Positions 58,757-64,000 of a stretch of DNA of 64,000 nucleotides are shown piece after piece. The position numbers were made by a program, and so were the translations under genes. Origin of the DNA: Chrysomallon squamiferum (lineage: Eukaryota > Animalia > Mollusca). Positions within the stretch are counted from its first letter, which is position 1. Every line of letters starts with the position of its first letter. The stretch spans positions 7,378,001 to 7,442,000 of the forward strand of contig CM022672.1 in the NCBI GenBank assembly GCA_012295275.1, given 5' to 3'. The notes below the pieces were generated by a model. That model had not been told where the DNA came from. It was given only the letters and a program-made list of their open reading frames with translations, and searched no databases.

Positions 58757-60234
58757 CATAAAGAAAGAAAGAAGTGAAAGGGGAGGGGTTTAATTAGGAA
58801 AACAAATGTTCGACAAACACCTCAGAATTTAAATCAACTCTTCTGTTTGACAGATTTACGGAAAGAGTTCTTTCGGTTGCTATTTGTAATGGACAGAAGT
58901 GAAAAAAATAAGACTTTGCGCTTACAAAAAGACCAGGAAACAGCACTAAAATCGTACATATTCTAAAACTAAATCTCTATGGTATCTCATTTGCCTGGTT
59001 AGTTTTCACAAAAGATGAAGGAACAATGAAAAAAGTTAACTGTTGTTTGAGGATCTGGTTAAGAAGATATCTGTGTTATATAAACGAGACAGGTAGGATG
59101 TGAGAAATAGCTCTCTGTCTACAGTCTGTTGTACATTACCTGTACATAAATTGGTGATCTGTTAATTCTTATATAATGATCGATTTAGCATATGAAGGAA
59201 AATATATTTTTTATTACTTCAAGTCAGTTACTTCTTCAGTGCGATGTTTCTGATATATATATGATAAATAGGATCCCTCTTAATACCATGACCTTAATAT
59301 GTCACAGACTCTTTCAACATTAAATAGTTTGATGGATAATGTAACGGTATATCGTGCCGTTATTATTATTATTATTAATTTTTTATTATTATTATTTTTT
59401 TTTTTTTCATGGAATACTAGAATAACTTTGAGTTATATGATATATTCTGCTATGTTAGAAAGTAGTTTATGAAACGTTCACAGCAGTCTCGTTTTTAACC
59501 TTTTGCGAACATTGCTGATATCTGGACAGAAATAAATCAAACATCTGAGATCAGTGCGCATTATTCTCTTATCTCATATTTGTTTTTTCACCAACCTTCG
59601 CTTGCAGTTTTGTTTTGTACGGAGTGTCATATTTTAGGATTGAAACAGACGGATAGAAATACCGCATTAATCAAACTTCCTAATCAAAATGGATTCACGT
59701 ACCAAATCGAAGACAATTACATCGTGCCCGAGTTTTGCAATGCTTCGTACGGCTCCCGTGCACACAGACACATCGATCTGCTGCCGGACTGATAGCTCCT
59801 ATAAAGGATTCCTCTCTTTAGAAGGGTCGGTCTGAACAGCGGAGACGAAGGACGGAATAAATTGATTGGCTTAAGCCAGTGGCCTCTGCGTTCATATCCA
59901 TGTGTAACAAAAGCCCTGTGAGACCATTAAGAAATGAAACATTTAGCAAAATGCCGTCCAACTCATCATAACAGATTTCGTCTGAATGCGATTGTTTGTT
60001 TTTGTCTGTGTGTTTGCTTGCTCGGGATTAGCTGATTGTTTACGGCGATGTCGTCTGCTGTTTTCTCTGTCGATCTGCTGTCGTCTTCAAATTTCCTTTC
60101 GCTGCGTTTTCATTCTGTCCACGTGGTTGCATGTAATGTGATGTCTGTTAATCGTTTAGGAGATTTTTGTTTTTTTTTTGTTTTTAAAGAATTCCCATTT
60201 TCCTGTGCAGAGATAATTTGTATGTCATCTTAAA

Positions 60235-60480
60235 GAAGAAAATACTTTTTTAATCCCCATCTGTATGTCTTTATATACACACATGGTTAATATCACGCAG
60301 TCAGTGACAGAAGAAACCCGCAGCCAGTGATTATGTTTTTTAATATAGCAGCAATTTTACATTGATTTTTCACAGAGAAAAACGTATGTACCACAGCCTC
60401 TGATAAATCAGTTTGGGGCAATGGCTGGAACGAGAAAAACTTCATGAATACAGTGAGTTCTTTGAGGACGATTCATCATG
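60235..60480 (-). mobile_element. Decayed copy of the same tRNA-derived SINE
   Basis: Ordered blocks CATGGTTAA, GAAGAAACCCGCAG, TAGCAGCAA, CACAGAGAAAAACGTATGTACCACAGCCTCTGATAAATCAGT and TGGCTGGAACGAGAAAA, colinear with the 11.0-11.4 kb copy. Confidence 0.65.
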
Positions 60481-61789
60481 CGTTGTTTTGTGAGCTGGAT
60501 AGTTGTTAATATCTCCTTGTCGATTATAACACATCATGATATTATACCCATGCAATGCGTACCTTAAGATAATATGTTCATATCCAAACTGTTGACGTGA
60601 AACTAGCGTCTACATGTAAGATTGGAACTAGAGAAATAATTAGACAAAACACGGCCATTTTCATTGTTAGACTGGACTGAGAACTTGCTTTATATCGTAC
60701 GGGTGATATAAACATATTTCAATATAAAATATTCTAGTGTCCCTGCTGTTTGTAATCAGTAACAGTAGAGAACGAAAAAGTGTTTATTGTTAAATATCTT
60801 GAAAAAGAAAACATGGAGTTATGAACGATTATTTATGGCGATAGGGAAGACTGTATTTTATGACATGATAAGGGTGCAAATATTAAAACTATTTTTTAAA
60901 ATGTTCATGTAGAATTGAACATCAATGATCAAAGACTTTTAAACCATTTTTCATAATTCCGAGTATAATGCAAATATTTTGAGACAATGCATAATTAATC
61001 TATTTTTTTATACGAAAATAATAAAACCGAACTGCAAAGACTATCTTTTTTTTTTCTTAAATAAACAAAATGGAAAGAAAAACCCACAATATGCCGATCT
61101 ATATCTTTTTCCCTTTTTTTTTTTTTTTTACATATCCACTTGGATTATTCGGTAAAATAAACAGTCAGACGAATAAATAAATAAATAAATAAGTAAATTA
61201 ATTAACATGATGAATCGCATTTATAATTCTCATTTTTTTTTAACGCACATCAAAATACAATCATTAATTCATGGAATTTAACTAAAAAAAAAAAAAAAAA
61301 AAAAAAAAAACACAAATCTCTCAAGACACTTAAGAAAATCGATCATTTAAAGAGATTCTAACAGAAAACCTCTCCAATACGTCAGATAGCAGCTTTTTTT
61401 TTTTACACTTTGCCTAAAAGAAAAAGAAAACAACAACGGAAAAAACTTTTTTTTAAAAGTAAGGTCAATTTAGTTCAGTTGAAAACTGGCTTTTTTTTCT
61501 TCTTCTTCTTCTTCTGTTTTTTTTTTTTTTATCTCTTTTTTAGCAGATCACTCGTTGAGCAGCCTACACGTTGTTTATAAAACAGCAGACAGCCTGAGTG
61601 CCACGCCTTGCCGAGTTTCTAGTGCTTTTTAATGGAGATCTGCACTTTTAAAACATTTAAATGAAAACGATTTGTCACAAAAAAAGATTCTGAAAAACTC
61701 AACAGTACTGGTAATAAATCAATTTCTTTTTCTTACATTCCAAATTATTTTTTTATTTATTTATTTTATTTATTTTTTATTTATTTATT

Positions 61790-61837
<48 letters not shown>

Positions 61838-62259
61838 TTTACTTTTTGATTTATTTATTATTTATTTATTTATTTATTTTCATGTTCAGTCTTTGTGTCC
61901 TGTATACAACACTGCTCTTAAATTTTTTTTTTTTTTAGTATTTACTCTTACCTTCTTCTGCGAAAGAAATATTTGCATTATATAAGACCGTTTTACCATC
62001 AATGGAATAATAACGATCTTTCCTGTATGTAGGTGTGAGACGGTAGATATATAAATATATTCAGGACATACTTTAACAGTATCTGCTAAGTTCCAAGTAT
62101 TTCTGAGAGGACTCGAGTAACAGTGGATCGGAAGCTGTTGATGGTTCAGAGGATCAAATCTCTAAATTCGAACCTAGTTGGCAGGTTGGCTGTCAATAAC
62201 CTAAATACACTGAAACGGGCCATAAATAGTTTATAAGGTTGACAGGAGCAAAAAAAAAC

Positions 62260-62359
<100 letters not shown>

Positions 62360-64000
62360 ATTCCATAAAACATGTAAGTAATAAAAAATAAAATAAAATA
62401 TATTTGCATAATTATACAGAATGCGCTTTATAACAAAAAAAATAATAAATAAGTAAATAAATAAATATCATGTTAATAAATGATTTGAATCTGTTTTTCG
62501 AAGTTTTACGGATGTCAATCTATTTATATCATTTTATATATTCTTTTCTCCCTTGACTGGGAGTAATGACGTCGAGACAACCAACAAACAGCAACAACAA
62601 TAATAGCTAAAATACTAAGCACATTTTGCATCGATATTATTTTTTAAACAACATATGCTACTCCTATGCACCACCATTACTAATAATGTTACTTCCACTA
62701 CTGCAGTGTATTTATTAATATTGATAGTTAATCAGATCTTTACGCTAAAATCTTAAACGTTGGTTAAATCACATAATTCAAAATAACGTCTAGAAAATAG
62801 CATATATTTTCAAGATAAAAACTCTATAGCTTTGAAGATAGTATAATTTAACACCAATGGAGATCCTATGATTTACCGGTAAACTCTACTTGAACATAAA
62901 CAGTGATTATACGATGTATCTCATGGGACAAAACAAGGAAGACACGCTCCAAGGTGCTAACGTTTCACAAAACGTCAAATTAGAGACTGAAAGAATTTCT
63001 CCATTGCTTATTAGATTTCCGACAAGCCTCGTGAAAGCAATAAAACGATCCCAGAATACTTTTTTTGTTCAGAGCTAATTAACTAAGATATGTCGAGCTG
63101 GCTGAGAGTTAATCATATATATGTGATCTGTGATGTTTCCAGACTGGAAACAGAAATACATGTACTTGCTTACTGTTTACATCAACGACATGCATTAATT
63201 CTCAAACACAAAGAGTTACAGTGTTTATGCTGCTACACGTAATTATAGCAAAAAAAAAAAAAAAAAAATAATACAGATTTTATTCTTGATTTGAGAATTT
63301 GTTTTTATATAAGATTTCATTAACAGCAACAACCTCAAATTACCCTTCAATCAAAATAATTATCTTTATCATATATAAATATATCCCTATTTTGGATATT
63401 TTCTTCTTTCTTTCTTTTTTTTTTCTTTCGTGATGGTTTTACTAATGTTACCGACAAAATTTGTCTTATTTTTTTTCTGTTCTTTGTGTTTCTTTTTCTA
63501 AATCTTTTTTAATCATTTTATCTCATTTATTATTTTGTGGTTGTTCATCATTGTCTTTATCCTGTCCCCTTTGCTTCATCTACGTTTATTTCTTTTTTCT
63601 TTATTTCTGCCATTTTGTGTCTCTTAAACTCGTCATTAATTTTTTTCTCTTTTTTGTACTTTACTGCAATCAAAGCAAACATGCAAGAAAACAGGGTTCA
63701 TTAAGAAACGCTGAATAAAAGTGAAATAAATAATTTTTTAAAAATACAAATATTTTCTTTATCATATCTTTTCAGATCTCACTATTTTTTTTTTATTTAT
63801 TATTATTATTTTTTTTTTTTACCATTTCTTTTCAGATTTGAGCCAGTGAATCAAACAATCTAACAATTTCCCTCACAGTCACTACACTAAACAAATTTTC
63901 ACCAGTTATGGGCTGTAGAGTCAATTCGCCTAGGGGTATCCTATGAAACTATTTCTCGTTCCAGACAGTGCTGGATTATCAAACTACAGTCGTCCGTGGT

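Overview
AT-rich, microsatellite-dense animal genomic DNA, most likely molluscan and plausibly gastropod (inferred from the receptor type and a recognisable tRNA-SINE family). Only one convincing protein-coding gene is present: an intronless class A aminergic GPCR on the minus strand (41470..42633, 387 aa) with the hallmarks of a beta-adrenergic-like octopamine receptor. Nearly all other ORFs in the track are translations of simple repeats. The rest of the window is non-coding: three decayed copies of a tRNA-derived SINE, two copies of a short interspersed element with subterminal inverted repeats and a (CA)n core, about ten minisatellites, many microsatellites, and several sequence-complex islands with transcription-factor-like motifs. 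I did not find a clearly new multi-gene system. The best leads are: (i) a ~0.5-0.6 kb segment from 26.4-27.1 kb repeated just upstream of the receptor between duplicated target sequences, carrying a perfect CRE; (ii) seven perfect TGACGTCA CREs around a putatively cAMP-coupled receptor; (iii) an out-of-frame overlapping uORF; (iv) an AUUUA-bearing ~60-bp repeat array in the likely 3' UTR; (v) a W6.48F substitution in TM6. All counts and alignments were done by eye, so coordinates of degenerate repeats are approximate.
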